64,000 bases of DNA from Octopus vulgaris (lineage: Eukaryota): assembly GCA_951406725.2 (NCBI GenBank), contig OX597823.1, positions 54,746,001 to 54,810,000 on the forward strand. Reading direction: 5' to 3'. Within the stretch, counting starts at the first letter, position 1. Every line of letters starts with the position of its first letter. The notes beneath the pieces were generated by a model that made no database searches, was not told the DNA's origin, and worked only from the letters and a program-made list of their open reading frames with translations. Below, in pieces: positions 12,925-25,329 of this stretch. The position numbers were made by a program, and so were the translations under genes.

Positions 12925-13729
12925 CAATGAAATGTTCTTTTTTTTTTTTAATATTTGAAACATTACAAGGGATCTTACTTAATTTTCCATAAAACTTATA
13001 AAACAAAAATATAATATCAAAGCTTGCAATCTTGTTATCAGTTACGACAAACATATCTCTCTCCCCCTCCCCTACAGAAACAAACGAAACAGGAAACCTT
13101 GCTCACAAAGGGTTAATAGAGGTAAATTATATTTCATTAAAAAAGACGAAAAACTAGTACAAGATGGAGAAAGAGGAGGGAGATGGAAAGTTAAAAGAAT
13201 ATACCTACTGATACTAATTTCAAATTCCAGGACAAGGCCAACAATTTTGGAGAAGGTGTTAAATCAATTACATCGATCCCAGTGCTTAACTGGTACTTAT
13301 TTTATCGACTCCATAAGGATGAAAAGCAAAGTCAACCATGGCAGAATTTGAACTCAGAACATAAAGATAAATGAAATTGCCACTAAGCATTTTGTCTGGC
13401 TGGCATGCTAATGATTCTGCCAGTTCGGGTGCCTTACATATCTACTGACATGTTTTAAGAGACATGTCCCAAATCTGTATCACATATCTACTGATATTAA
13501 GAATCACATACATTGTTATATACATGCATAAATAAATACATACATAGTGGAGCTATGACAATGTGAGGTGAAAACTGCAGTGGTTTAAAACCAATTAAAG
13601 AACAAGTAACCAAAATAAACACGACAGACATTCATACATATGTACAAACACACACACTCACACACACACATGTATATATACATTAATAATATGCATCTAT
13701 GTATTAAGAGATTACACAGTCGCATATTC

Positions 13730-13778
<49 letters not shown>

Positions 13779-14099
13779 TATATTAATACACTCAGGGTAT
13801 ACACGTATTCATTTATGTGCATTTAGGTATACGCATGTATAAATATCATCAGTGATACAAGCACATACAATTACTCACACACACACTACATGCATACATG
13901 TATACATACATTCACACACACACACACACGAGTATATGTGTGTATGTATGGGCGTATGTGTGTGCGCATGTGTGTATGTAATTATATATATATATATATA
14001 TATATATAGTTATATCTTCTCTTTCTCTCTCTCTCAATTTATTTATCTTTATGTATGTATATGCACATCTGCGCACGTGTGTCTATATTTATATGTATG

Positions 14100-14143
<44 letters not shown>

Positions 14144-14535
14144 GTATATGATTGTGAATCATAGAACAGATTTTGAAAAATTTAAGTAGGGAGTATTGAG
14201 TTTTTGGCACTCATATTAACTCAAATTAATATTCACACACACTTGTACACACACATATACACACACATGTACAGGTACATGTATTTAGACTCACATGCAC
14301 ATAGATGCAGTAAATATATGTACTTTCATGTGGTATTGTGTTTACTAGCGACACCCATAATTTGTAGCAGCAACAGCAGCAGCAGCAGCAGTAGGGGAGG
14401 CACAACTCCAATTCCTCAGGCTTTCCTACCTTCCTACAACACCCCCCCACTTCTTTAATGTAAGTTGTATGACCGTTTTCTCCTATAGTTGGGGAAGGCG
14501 GAGCTGTGGTGAAAATTCCTACATTCAGCTGTCTC
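12925..14535 (-). other. Putative 3' UTR of the Syd-1-like gene with an ATTAAA poly(A) signal near 12947-12952
   Basis: Sequence following the TAG. Minus-strand ATTAAA at 12947-12952 is preceded by U-rich sequence. The transcript end is inferred, not shown. Confidence 0.35.
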
Positions 14536-14681
14536 CTAGAGGCTTGGGTCAGCTCCGCCTGCATCTGTGTGTTCCTTACTAGTTTCTTCATTGGGGGCTT
14601 GTACCTCTGAAGTTGTTGGTTTCTGTGACGGTCTCGAGTCCAAAGTAGGAGGAGTCATTTCAGTTGATGGTGTTGAACAAA
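14536..14681 (-). CDS. Syd-1 (RhoGAP100F/SYDE): Probable last coding exon of the Syd-1-like gene (S/T/P-rich disordered C-terminus)
   Basis: Strong acceptor ttttttgtctttcttctAG in a GC-richer island. It stays open only in phase 1, matching the donor at 62376: (I)CSTPSTEMTPPTLDSRPSQKPTTSEVQAPNEETSKEHTDAGGADPSL-TAG. The other two frames stop within about 9 codons. Confidence 0.7.
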
Positions 14682-14847
14682 CTAGAAGAAAGACAAAAAA
14701 GAATAAAAAAAGAAATATTAAATAATCATAACAAAAATAATATCTTTAACAGTAGGATTAATAACAATAATTGTTTCTAACATAGGTATCATGCTAAAAA
14801 TTTGGAGGGAAAAAAATAGTCAATAACCATATTTGATGGCATCTAGC

Positions 14848-15606
14848 AGTGATTCTCAACTGAGATACTTGGGGATCCATATAAGATTTTGGTGTTAAAA
14901 TTTAATGCACAGGCAAGTCTAGGCAAATTGTAGCTAAGTGTAGGCATGGCTGTGTGGTAAGAAGCTTGCTTTCCAACCACATGATTCTGGATTCAGTCAC
15001 ACTGTGTGGCACCTTGGGAAAGTGTCTTCTACTATAGCCTTGGGCTGAGCAAAGCTTTGTGAGCAGATTTGATGGATGGAAACTTAAAGAAGCCTGTCAT
15101 ATAAACATATATCCCTCTCTGTTAAGAGGCATATATATATATATATATATATCAATTTAAATTTAAAATATAAATTTAAAATATTTAAATTTAAATACCT
15201 ATGTTCTCTAACCAGCAAAATTCACTGCAGAGAATTATTTTCTGCAGAAATATTTCTGGTAGTTTGGTGCACCAGAACGAAGGCTTTTGAAAAGTGACTC
15301 CAATTGTAAATGGTAGAACTGTATACATATTCAATCTCATGCGGACGTCTCATGTATAGTCCTGCAAATTATAGTTGCTAAGATGATCACGCTGACGAGT
15401 TTGCGGATGATTACGTAAATGATTACATAATACACTGACAATGAAACCTGGTTTGTGATTTATCTATATTTTGCATCTTTTCATTTGTCTTGCTCGCTTA
15501 CATTCTGGCGTTTTGCTAAATTTTCTTGAGAACATTCCTTTTTTAGTGGTTAGACCATAGCGGATCTTCTAGCATAATGGATGTCCACTATGGTGATCCC
15601 TTTTAT

Positions 15607-15656
<50 letters not shown>

Positions 15657-16543
15657 TATTAAATATATATTGCAGTTTGGCAAAAGAGACTGATAGTATA
15701 AGTACCAGGCTTACAAAAGAAATACTGAGATCAATTTATTCAACTAAAATTTCAAAGTAGTGCTGCAGCATGACCACAGTCTAATGAGTGAAACAAGTAA
15801 GAGATAAAAGATAGCAGATAATAAATCGGTTATACTTCTAAGCATAAGCATCCTTGTTGAGTCCTACGGACTCATAAGGGCCAGTTTTCCGGTTACCACA
15901 GCATATATATATATATATATATTTACCTACTGGATGGGATGTCAGTCTGCTGCAGGATTACTCATTTTTGCCAGCTGAGTGGACTGGAGCAACGTGAAAG
16001 GAAGTGTTTTGCTCAAAAGCACAAAGCATTGCCCAGCCCAGGAATTGAAACCACAATCTTATGATCATGACCCAACACCCTAACCACTAGGCCACAAGCC
16101 TCCACAAGTTATACTTTTATAACACACAAAATATTTTAGCAATTGATTTTATACAATTCCTAATAATATTCAGTTATAAAACTGAACTACAAGTAAGTTC
16201 ACCACCATCAATTTATCGCAGGGGAAGTTCACTGCCATCAATTCACCATGAAGAAAGTTCACTATGAGGAAAGTCCACTGCAAGGAAATTTTACCAAGAA
16301 AATATATTCATAGCATTTCACCATTAATAGTTAAAATCTATTTTATTGAAAACGAAAAAATATGGTGAATTGATGACAGTGAACTTTTCCTGCAATGAAT
16401 TGATGATGGTAAGCTTACTGTACCTGATAAAACTGTTATAGGATTTTTTTAAACATTGAATGGTTATGAAGATCCACTTGAATAAAATAGAAACCAAAGG
16501 AATCCATAGACAAAAAGAAAAAAAAAATAGTTGAAAACCACTG
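14848..16543 (-). mobile_element. Same hAT-like MITE family in reverse orientation, split by nested SINEs and other inserts
   Basis: cagtgattctcaac at 14848 and gttgaaaaccactg near 16540; internal segments are the reverse complement of 38133-38418. Confidence 0.6.
15385..15460 (+). ncRNA. Type-I hammerhead ribozyme motif
   Basis: Helix I GATCACG/TGTGATT (7 bp including G-U), core CTGACGA, imperfect helix II GTTTG...CAAT, GAAA, helix III ACC-T-GGT, triplet GTT. Confidence 0.6.
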
Positions 16544-17442
16544 GACTAGTACCATGCCCTGTTTTTCCAAAAATTTGTCTTTAAAAACTTACCCTGGGTC
16601 CTATATGCAAAGATGGGCCTCCCTTAAGCTTTAATGCTCTATAAACATTTTTTTCCTGAATAAACATTCCTGAAATTGTAGTGATGGGCAGGGATGGGGG
16701 ATATAATATTCCTGTTTGTTTTTTTTAAGCCATCAAATATGGTATATCAACTCCTGTACTTGACCAGTAATTTATTTTAATTCTACCAACTTGAGAAGGA
16801 AGAAAAGTATAGTTGACCTTGGTGGGATTCAAAATCAGAAAGTAGATTGCCTTAATTAAATAGCCCAAGGCATTTGTCCAATGTTCTTATGATTCTGCCA
16901 GTTCACTGCTCTTTTAAAAGTATGAAAGGAAAAGTTGACCTTGAAGGGTTTGAACTCAACAACATTAATAGTAATTATTTCTTACATTGGCTCTAATCCA
17001 TGCAATTTTGGTAGACAGAGTTAGAAATTAAATCAAACATCAGTGCTTGAATAACATCCTACCCCATTCTGAAATCACAGTATAAAGGGAGATAACTAAA
17101 TTCTGTATTTGCCAGCATATAAAAAGTGAGCCTGTCTAAAAAGCACACCTATTTTACAATAATATTTTATGGAAAACAATAAGTGTTTTAATATGTTTCA
17201 TCATAAATTTTGAGAAAGTGATTTTAAAGTGGAAATTGAAAAACATCTGCTGCAGCGTAAGCATTTTTATATGTAATTATTTATGGGAAAGTTACATTTA
17301 TATGTTGGCAGATACAGTAGTTCAAGTTCAAGTTCAAGATAGTTTTGTTTCTTGCTCTCCAATTTTGCTATCCACTCCCCAGCTCTTGGATGTTTTTAGT
17401 AGAGTTCAATTCTGTTGTAAACATTCAAACTTTCCATCCAAT

Positions 17443-17501
17443 TTAAAATTTCTTCCCCACCCTCCATTTAACCTTTTGAATGTCTTTGGAACTTCCTTTG
17501 A
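17443..17501 (-). CDS. Candidate alternative last exon (polybasic tail IKGSSKDIQKVKWRVGKKF*)
   Basis: Acceptor with a long T tract ending ctttAG; phase-1 frame of 19 codons to TAA; non-repetitive purine-rich sequence. Confidence 0.4.
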
Positions 17502-17666
17502 CTAAAGAAAAAAAAACAAGAATAAAAATAAATAAAGTAATCAAAATAAGGATTTATATCATTGGATTCATAGCAAAGGCATATATTTTGGGAAGGAAAG
17601 AGAAGGAAAAATTTGAGTCAATTCAACTGACTTAAACACTTATTTTATATAGTATTCTGTATATCT

Positions 17667-17888
17667 TAAGCCTTTAGCACTTAAACCAGTCATATCCAAC
17701 TCAGATGTTCTAACAACTTTATGTTAAAACCAGCCAGATCCAGTCTCTCGCACCAATCATACAATGTTAATGTAAAATAATCATATCACAGAAATTTCAA
17801 AGCTATGACATAATGCTTGGTTAATTCAAAACAATGCAAATGAATAAGCATTACATTTGACAGAGCAATCTGAATGCTAAAGGGTTAA
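17667..17888. mobile_element. piggyBac-like MITE (cctttagca...tgctaaagggTTAA); reverse copy at about 61657-61885
   Basis: TTAA-flanked terminal inverted repeats; the two copies are reverse complements internally. Confidence 0.65.
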
Positions 17889-17996
17889 CATGGATATATT
17901 GCAGATAACCAACTATCTGTGATCCCAGTGATTTGTTAATCACTGATTTCCTATATCAGTAAACATGAAAATTGTCTAAGCGTGTGGTTGATACCA

Positions 17997-18037
17997 GCTA
18001 CTGATGATACTCAAAGATGCAGAAATACCTGTTTAGC
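17997..18037 (+). ncRNA. Hammerhead-like motif
   Basis: GCTA-CTGATGA-TAC(tcaaagat)GCA-GAAA-TACCTGTT-TAGC: helix I is perfect, helices II and III are weak. Confidence 0.45.
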
Positions 18038-18404
18038 AATTCCACTGCTGCTTTTAGACACATATTGTTTGCTATTGATATAATTCTGTCTCTCTTAACA
18101 CTATAAGTCTGTATGAGAAGCTTTCTCAAGATGAATAACACAGTTTAATGACTTTCTACAGTATATCAACATTAAATAAGATATACAGAATGCTAGTTTG
18201 AACTAATACTTCTGTCACAAATAAAGAATTTATATTATATTCAGAATATAAATGCAGAAGCATCAAGAAATATGTAAATAAGTCATTTCATGGTGTATCT
18301 TAAAGCAAAAACAGCTATAAATATTTATTTCAAATATTGGCACAAGGCCAGCAATTTCAAGGAAGGGACTAGGTTGATTACATTGATCTCAGTATTATTA
18401 CTCT

Positions 18405-18810
18405 CTCTTTTACTCTTTTGTTTCAGTCATTTGACTGCAGCCATGCTGAAGCACCACCTTTTAGTAGAGCAAATCGACCCCAGGACTTATTCTTTGTAAG
18501 CCTAGTACTTATTCTATCGCTCTCTTTTGCCGAACCGCTAAGTTACGGGGATGTAAACACACCTGCATCAGTTGTCAAGCAATGTTGGGGGACAAATACA
18601 GAAACACAAACATATACACACATACATATATATATATACATATATACAACAGGCCTCTTTCAGTTTCCGTCTACCAAATCCTCTCATGAGGCTTTGGTTG
18701 GCCTGAGGATATAGTAGAAGTTACTTGCCCAAGGTAGCACACTGTGGGAATGAACCTGGAACCATGCGGTTGGTAAGTAAGCTACTTACCACACAACCAC
18801 TCCTGCACTT
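18405..18810 (-). mobile_element. CORE-like tRNA SINE (full length)
   Basis: Same family as 362-740. Confidence 0.85.
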
Positions 18811-19184
18811 AGTTACTTACTACACAGCCACTCCTGTTTATACTTATTTTATCAACCCTGAAAGGATGAAAAACAAAGTCGACCTCAGCGGAATTGAGCT
18901 TAGAACAAGAAGACGGATGAGATGCTGCCACTACGCATTTTTCCTGGGGTGTTAACAATTCTGACAGCTATAAATATATAGTAATAAATATATTAGGTTA
19001 AAAATCCTGGGGTAGAAAAAAGGTTGAACTTAGCAGGATTTAAAATCAGAACATCAGAAAACATAACTAAATACTACAAGCACATCAGTCATGTTTGCAG
19101 AAGATTCATGGGTCAAGTCCTGTGGGCAACATCCAGCCTTTCCTCAATCCAAGCGTTTTTGCCCAATATATAACAATCGAAATT

Positions 19185-19605
19185 GATCAACATCAATGGA
19201 AATTGCAGCTGTGATACCAGTGCCGGTGGCACATAAGAGAACCATCTGAACGTGGCCGTTGCCAGCGCTGCCCCGACTGGCCTTGTGCCAGTGGCACGTA
19301 AAAAGCACCATCCGTTCATGGCCATTGCCAGCCTTGCCTGGCCCCCGTGCTGGTGGCACGTAAAAAGCACCATCCGATCATGGCCGTTTGCCAGCCTCAT
19401 CTGGCACCTGTGCTGGTGGCACGTAAAAATCACCCACTACACTCATGGAGTGGTTGGCGTTAGGAAGGGCATCCAGCTGTAGAAACATTGCCAATTCAGA
19501 CTGGGCCTGGTGCAGCCTTCTGGCTTCCCAGTCCCCAGTTGAACCATCCAACCCATGCTAGCATGGAAAGCGGACGCTAAACGATGATGATGATGATGAT
19601 GATGA
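19185..19605 (+). mobile_element. RTE-LINE 3' UTR fragment with a (GAT)n tail (related fragments about 770-1010-, 1460-1712+, 26550-26980-, 28800-29000+, 51595-51745+, 55940-56130-, 58700-59115+)
   Basis: Same tail as 35100-35400; four internal gtgcc.gtggcacgtaaaaagcac-like hairpin repeats; ends gacgctaaacgatgatgatg. Confidence 0.85.
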
Positions 19606-19635
19606 TATAACAAGTTATTACTTATAGTTGTAAAT

Positions 19636-20090
19636 AAGGCGACGAGCTGGCAGAATCATTAGCCAGGCAAAATGCTTAAAAGCATTTCATTCGTCTTTAA
19701 GTTTCAAGTTCAAATTCTGCCGAGATCAACTTGGCTTTTCCTTCTTTCAGGATTGATAAAATAAGAACTAGTTGAATACTGGAGTGGATGTAGTAGACTT
19801 ATCCACCTCCCTTGAACTTGTTGGTCTTGTGCTTGTGCCAAAATTTGAAACTATTAATTATAGCTGTATATAAGGTGGCGAGCTAGCAGAATCATTAGCA
19901 TGCCAGGCAAAATACTCAGCAGTATTTTGCCCATCTTCATGTTCCAAATTCAAGTTCTGCCAAGGTTGGCTTTGCCTTTCATCCTTTTAGGGTTGATAAA
20001 ATAAGTATCAGCTGTGTGCTGAGGTTGATGTAATCAACTAGTCCCCTTCCCCCAAAATTACAGGCTTTGTGCTCATAACAGAAAAGATTA
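19636..20090 (+). mobile_element. Two tandem older Meta/MESC-like SINE copies
   Basis: aaggcgacgagctggcagaatcattagc... heads at about 19636 and 19872 with the shared central domain. Confidence 0.8.
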
Positions 20091-20439
20091 TTTATAGCTG
20101 TATTTGCTTCAAGACACACCATTAAAAGGCTTATTCCATATTATATATTGCAATTTGTAAGCAACTGTGGCATTGTTTGCAAGTTTCCAACAAGCCAAAT
20201 AGCTGTTTCACTACATTTCTGATGACAAATGATAAGGGAGTGCATGTAATTTGATGCAGAATAAACATCACAAACGACTTCATTCAAAATGTACTGATTC
20301 CACTGTTGGTATGTCTTTATTGTTTCGCCTTCTCCTACCAATGTAATGGGAAGTGAAGTATGCTGGAAGGATATTTGAACTTAGAATGTAAAGGGACTAA
20401 ACCTAAATTCTTTGTGGTTCCAAAGAATCTGGCAGTCCA

Positions 20440-20840
20440 TCACCACCACCACCAACAACAACAACAACAACAAACAACAAAACAACAACAACAATAACAA
20501 CAACAACATAACAATACAACATAACCACATAACAATACCAATAGGAACAATAAGATAACAACCAAATAACAATAGAAGAACACCAACAACAGTGTATGTA
20601 ACAACAACAAAACAATAACAGTACATTAGCAACAACAACAACAGTATGACAACAACAACAATAACACAACACCAATAACACAACAACAATAACAACATTA
20701 TAAGAACCATAATAGTAACAACACTAACACAATAACAACCATACAACAATAACAATACAACATTAGCAACCACAAGACAACAATAACAACAGTAATACAA
20801 TAACAACCATACAATAACAATAATAGCCATAACAACACAA
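20440..20840. repeat. Degenerate (CAA/TAA)n trinucleotide tract
   Basis: About 400 bp of aac/aat triplets. Confidence 0.9.
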
Positions 20841-20939
20841 TAAAATCAGTGGTTTTTAATCTAAGATTTAATGTTGTTATCCAATTGAAGCAGAAGCACA
20901 AAAATTTTGTGGAGAGGTATATATGTTTTTTTGTTTCTT

Positions 20940-21170
20940 TTATCTTTTATTTGTTTTAGTCATGTGACTGTGGCCTGTGGTTATGCTGGGGCATAACACC
21001 GTGAAGAAGTTTTAGTTGAATGTATCAACCCCGGTACTTATTGTGTTTTAAGCTTGAACTTATTCTGTTGGTCATTGGTCTCTTTTGCCTGTTGAACTGC
21101 TCAGTCACAGGGACATAAACACATCAACACTGGTTGTCAAGTAGTGGTGGGGGCCAAACACAGATACAAA

Positions 21171-21224
<54 letters not shown>

Positions 21225-21545
21225 AGGTTTCTTTCAGTTTCCTTCTACCAAATCCACTCACAAGGCTTTTGGTTGACTCAAAGCTATAGTAAGCTGCTGG
21301 ACAAGATAGTGAAGATGCCGACGACCGCCTGGTTCAAAGACTCTCTTGACCAGAAATGGCCTGAACTCTTTGCATGAACACCCGCCCTGTACATAACTCC
21401 ATGTCCCCCTACATGGCCTTGCTTTTTGCTTTTTGAGCCAAAAAATTAACTTAACTTATATAGTAGAAGACACTTGCCCAAAGTGCCAAGCAGTGGGACT
21501 GAACATGAAACCATGTGGTTGGGAAGCAAGCTTCTTACCACATAG
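20940..21545 (-). mobile_element. CORE-like SINE interrupted by a CR1-like LINE 3' fragment (about 21291-21458)
   Basis: SINE halves flank an insert ending in (TTAAC)n, with duplicated tatagta. Confidence 0.8.
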
Positions 21546-21973
21546 CATTTATTCTAAGTCTTCGCACCTTTGCCTCTCTATATATATATCATCAGAATTC
21601 TTTCAGTACATTTCTGGTACTTGTTTTATTTACACCTGAAGAACGAGAGATAAAGTCAACCTCTTACAGTATTTAGTTATGTAAATGATGTAAGTGAATA
21701 CCACAGCATATATCATTGGATGATCTACCAACTTTAGCATCCAATATTGTTTTCTCCCATAGACATTTTTTAACCCTTAGTCTGTCTTGTGTTACCTGTA
21801 CACTAATCTTTCAGTTCTATTTATGTCTGATTCTTAGTTGCAGATGTTTTTTCCCTGTTTCTTTGGACCACTTGTGACCAGAAATTCCTAGTCCATAGCT
21901 CAACTTCACTCATTTACTCAAGCTTGAGACTAGCATTTGAATGGTAATTGTCAGATAGAGATAGCTGTTTAAG

Positions 21974-22021
<48 letters not shown>

Positions 22022-23683
22022 TGAGAGATGGAGGAGGAAAATGGATCCTAGTACTTGACTGGTGCTTTATTTCTGTCTATCTCAGAAGGATAAAAGGCAA
22101 GGTTGATCTTAGTGGGATTTGAACTCAGAGCAAAGACTCAGAATAAATGCTATAAATCACTTATCATATGCTCTAATGATTCCGCCAATCACCTAGATAA
22201 ACCATGTTAACAAAGCCACAGATTTTGGAGGGTGTGGTGGAATAAATGATTAAATTGATTCTAACTGTTGCTGTGTGTCAGATAATTGAGGACTGTGACA
22301 GATGGTGAAACGCTGAGACCTATGCAACCAATTTATCTATGGGAAAAAAAATCCCATGTAAAATGATAATGATTATAGTATACATATGGCCACATATATT
22401 TCCTAAAATCATACTAATATCATAAGAACTTTAATGCACACAATGTTAAAGTTAGTTACTTTTGTCTAGATAATATTACTTCTATGAAAATCTATTACTC
22501 GAAACATTCAGCTCACACCCAAACAGTCATCTTGCAATCATTATAATCAATTTTCCTATTTGCTCACAAGGACTTGCCTTTCCAAAGGGATGGTATATAG
22601 GTATTAGTTATACCATCTGAGAATATCAAGATTTATTACATAGGACTTACTGCTAATGAACTTCAAGGAATACTACAAGTAATATACATAATTGTTGAGA
22701 TCTAGGAGCAGGGAAAACTTCACTTTCCTCACCTGATTTATCCGAAAGCTTAGGGCTCAAAGACACCATCATTCTACTACAACTTGAAATATTGTTAACA
22801 GAGCTACTCTATATTTCAATAGATCAGGTAACAATAGACTTTACCTATCTAAAAAGCCAGTGGTGTGTTGTGTCCTTGAGGAAGACACTTTATTTCAAAT
22901 TGTTTCACTCCACTCAGCTGGCAAAAGTGTGTTGTGCCAGTAACTCAAAGGGTTGGCCTTGTCACATTCTGTGTCAAGCTGAATCTCCCTGCACATTAAT
23001 ATGCCACTTGCACATTAATTTCATGAGCAAGCTGTTCCATTGATTGGGTCAACTGAAACCCTTGACATCATAACAGATGAAGTACCAGCTGATACATGAG
23101 TACAAAGCCACATTAAATGTAATGCAGTCCTAGCTATTGCATCTAAAAATCAGTAATATAATATATCCTCTTATTTTTTCCTTTGTAATCAAGTATAAAG
23201 CTACTCTTTAGCTTAGACCAGTCATGGGCAATCTTTTTTGAAGAAGTGCATGAGACATGGTTTGTCCTTTGGCAGGCTGCACTACTATAAAATTCAAGGT
23301 AGCTTGCAGGCTGCAGGTGGGCTACATGTTGTCCATGGCTGACTTAAACTATGATGTTTTGCATTAAGTTTCTTTTATGTACACATAAGTAAACATCGTA
23401 GCCTTATTGTTTCCAATTTAGACACAATACCAGCAGTTTTTGAGGAAAGGGGATTAGTTGATACCAATGAATCAATACTTTACTGATACTTTTATTTTGC
23501 TGACCCTGGAAGAATGAAAGGCAAAACTGATCTCAACAGGATTTGAACTCAAGATAAAATACTGTAATGTATTTTTTTTCTGGTGTTGTAATGATTCTAC
23601 TAATCCATTACCTTAAAATACCATAGTCATTTTATATAGATAAGTGATGCATGTATCTTATGTGTGTATGCTTGTGTATGTGC

Positions 23684-24010
23684 AGGGCCAGATTAAGACA
23701 CATAGAGGCCCTAAGCACATAGGAGATTTTGGTGCTCCCATAGATGTGTAATTCAAAATATAAATTATGATAAGCCATAAAATAAATTATTTTTCAAAAT
23801 GAAACAAAGCTAAAAGTAAGGTGGAAAATAATGTTTAAGAGTTTTCTCCTACTTTTTTTTTATTAATTGCGAAGTCTTTGATCAGATCCTCACTATGATA
23901 CCATGAACATTTTGAAATTATATTTCCAGTCATAAAAACCATTTCAAACATCATTTTAGCAAGTTTAAAGTGATTTCTTTTGTACCATAAACCATTCACT
24001 ATTTCTGTAG
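23684..24010 (-). mobile_element. hAT-like transposon end with a transposase C-terminal remnant
   Basis: cagggccagattaag..gaggccct terminus; minus-strand EDLIKDFAINKKK resembles the end of the hAT dimerisation domain. Confidence 0.45.
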
Positions 24011-24565
24011 TGCCCAACTTCCCTTGATGCTCTAAGCATGTACTTATTGTGCTTAATGGTTAATCCAGGGCTGTGTTTGTGTGTGCACATGGGCAGAAGG
24101 CTGTGGAGAAACTGTGTGAGGAAGACAAGGTTATCTATTTTATAAGGTGTGATATAAAGGATTGTGTGAATCATTTTAAGAATATGTAAATGATAAATTT
24201 TAAAAAATTAATTTGATATAAATTTAGGTTCCTTATTCCTAATACGGCAAAACGAAAGGGTTGTAATTTGTTTAGGCTAAAGTTTTAGTGACTAATTTGA
24301 AAATTATAACACTGAAATTTGAAATTAGAGAATTAGAAATATTGTAGGTATAAATTATAAATATCTATCTTTAGAGAACCAGTAGTATTGTTCAATAGGA
24401 AGACCAAAAGTGCAACAGATATTTTCTGTTAAATGTATGCAAATTTAATCAATTATATCTATGTGAAGAGATGTACAAAATAGAAGTATGAGCCAAGAAA
24501 GTTATTGAATGCAGTCCGAAGGCCACAGAGTGCACAAATAGAAGCACACACATACACAGACACAG

Positions 24566-24597
<32 letters not shown>

Positions 24598-25295
24598 ACA
24601 CGAACGTTTATAAATGAATAAATACAAATTGATACACGGTAAAGTGCATTTATTTCAAAGTCAAGGACAATGTGTGTATATAGGTGTGTGCGTGTGTGAG
24701 TATATATTTAGCAGAGCAATAAGTAGATTGTTGGAATTATAAATGGTTGGAATAAAGAGATTAAATGTAAACCAGACAATTTAGAAAGGAAATCAGACTT
24801 TGTCATGCAATATCATAATCACTGTTTTAGCATCTACTTTTCCATACTTGCATGGGTCAGAGAGAGTGTTTTTGAAACAAATTTTCAAAAGCTGGATGCC
24901 TTTCCTTTCACTGACTTTCATCTGCTTGTGTGGCAATGACACTCACAACTGGTGACAAAGAGACACAAACATACAAACACACACACACACATATATGTGT
25001 GTGTGCGTGTGTATGTGTGTGTGTATAATACATATATATGCGTGTGTGTATATATATATATGTAGTGTTAAACACTTTTGGTATGCAAATTAGGGACTCC
25101 TTCATAGAGTAACTGCTGCATTTGTTGAATATATAAAGTTTGGCTGCTTGCTTCTCTAGAGATTGTCAAAATGAAGTGGACACCTTTGATGAGAATGCAG
25201 TAAGGTTTGAAAATTTATTAAGGTGGTTCATCATTTTTTCAGTCTGCAGAGAAATGGATAAAATTTGCCCTGTTTATATTTATACCATATGTTAC

Positions 25296-25329
<34 letters not shown>

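Noticed and set aside
20141-20362. Minus-strand ORF of 66-73 aa
   Set aside because: No recognisable motif, a weak acceptor and a phase incompatible with the 62376 donor.
25060-25243. Minus-strand acceptor-like site (tttctctgcAG) with unique sequence
   Set aside because: The phase-1 frame stops immediately, other frames stop early and there is no good donor, so it cannot be supported as an exon.
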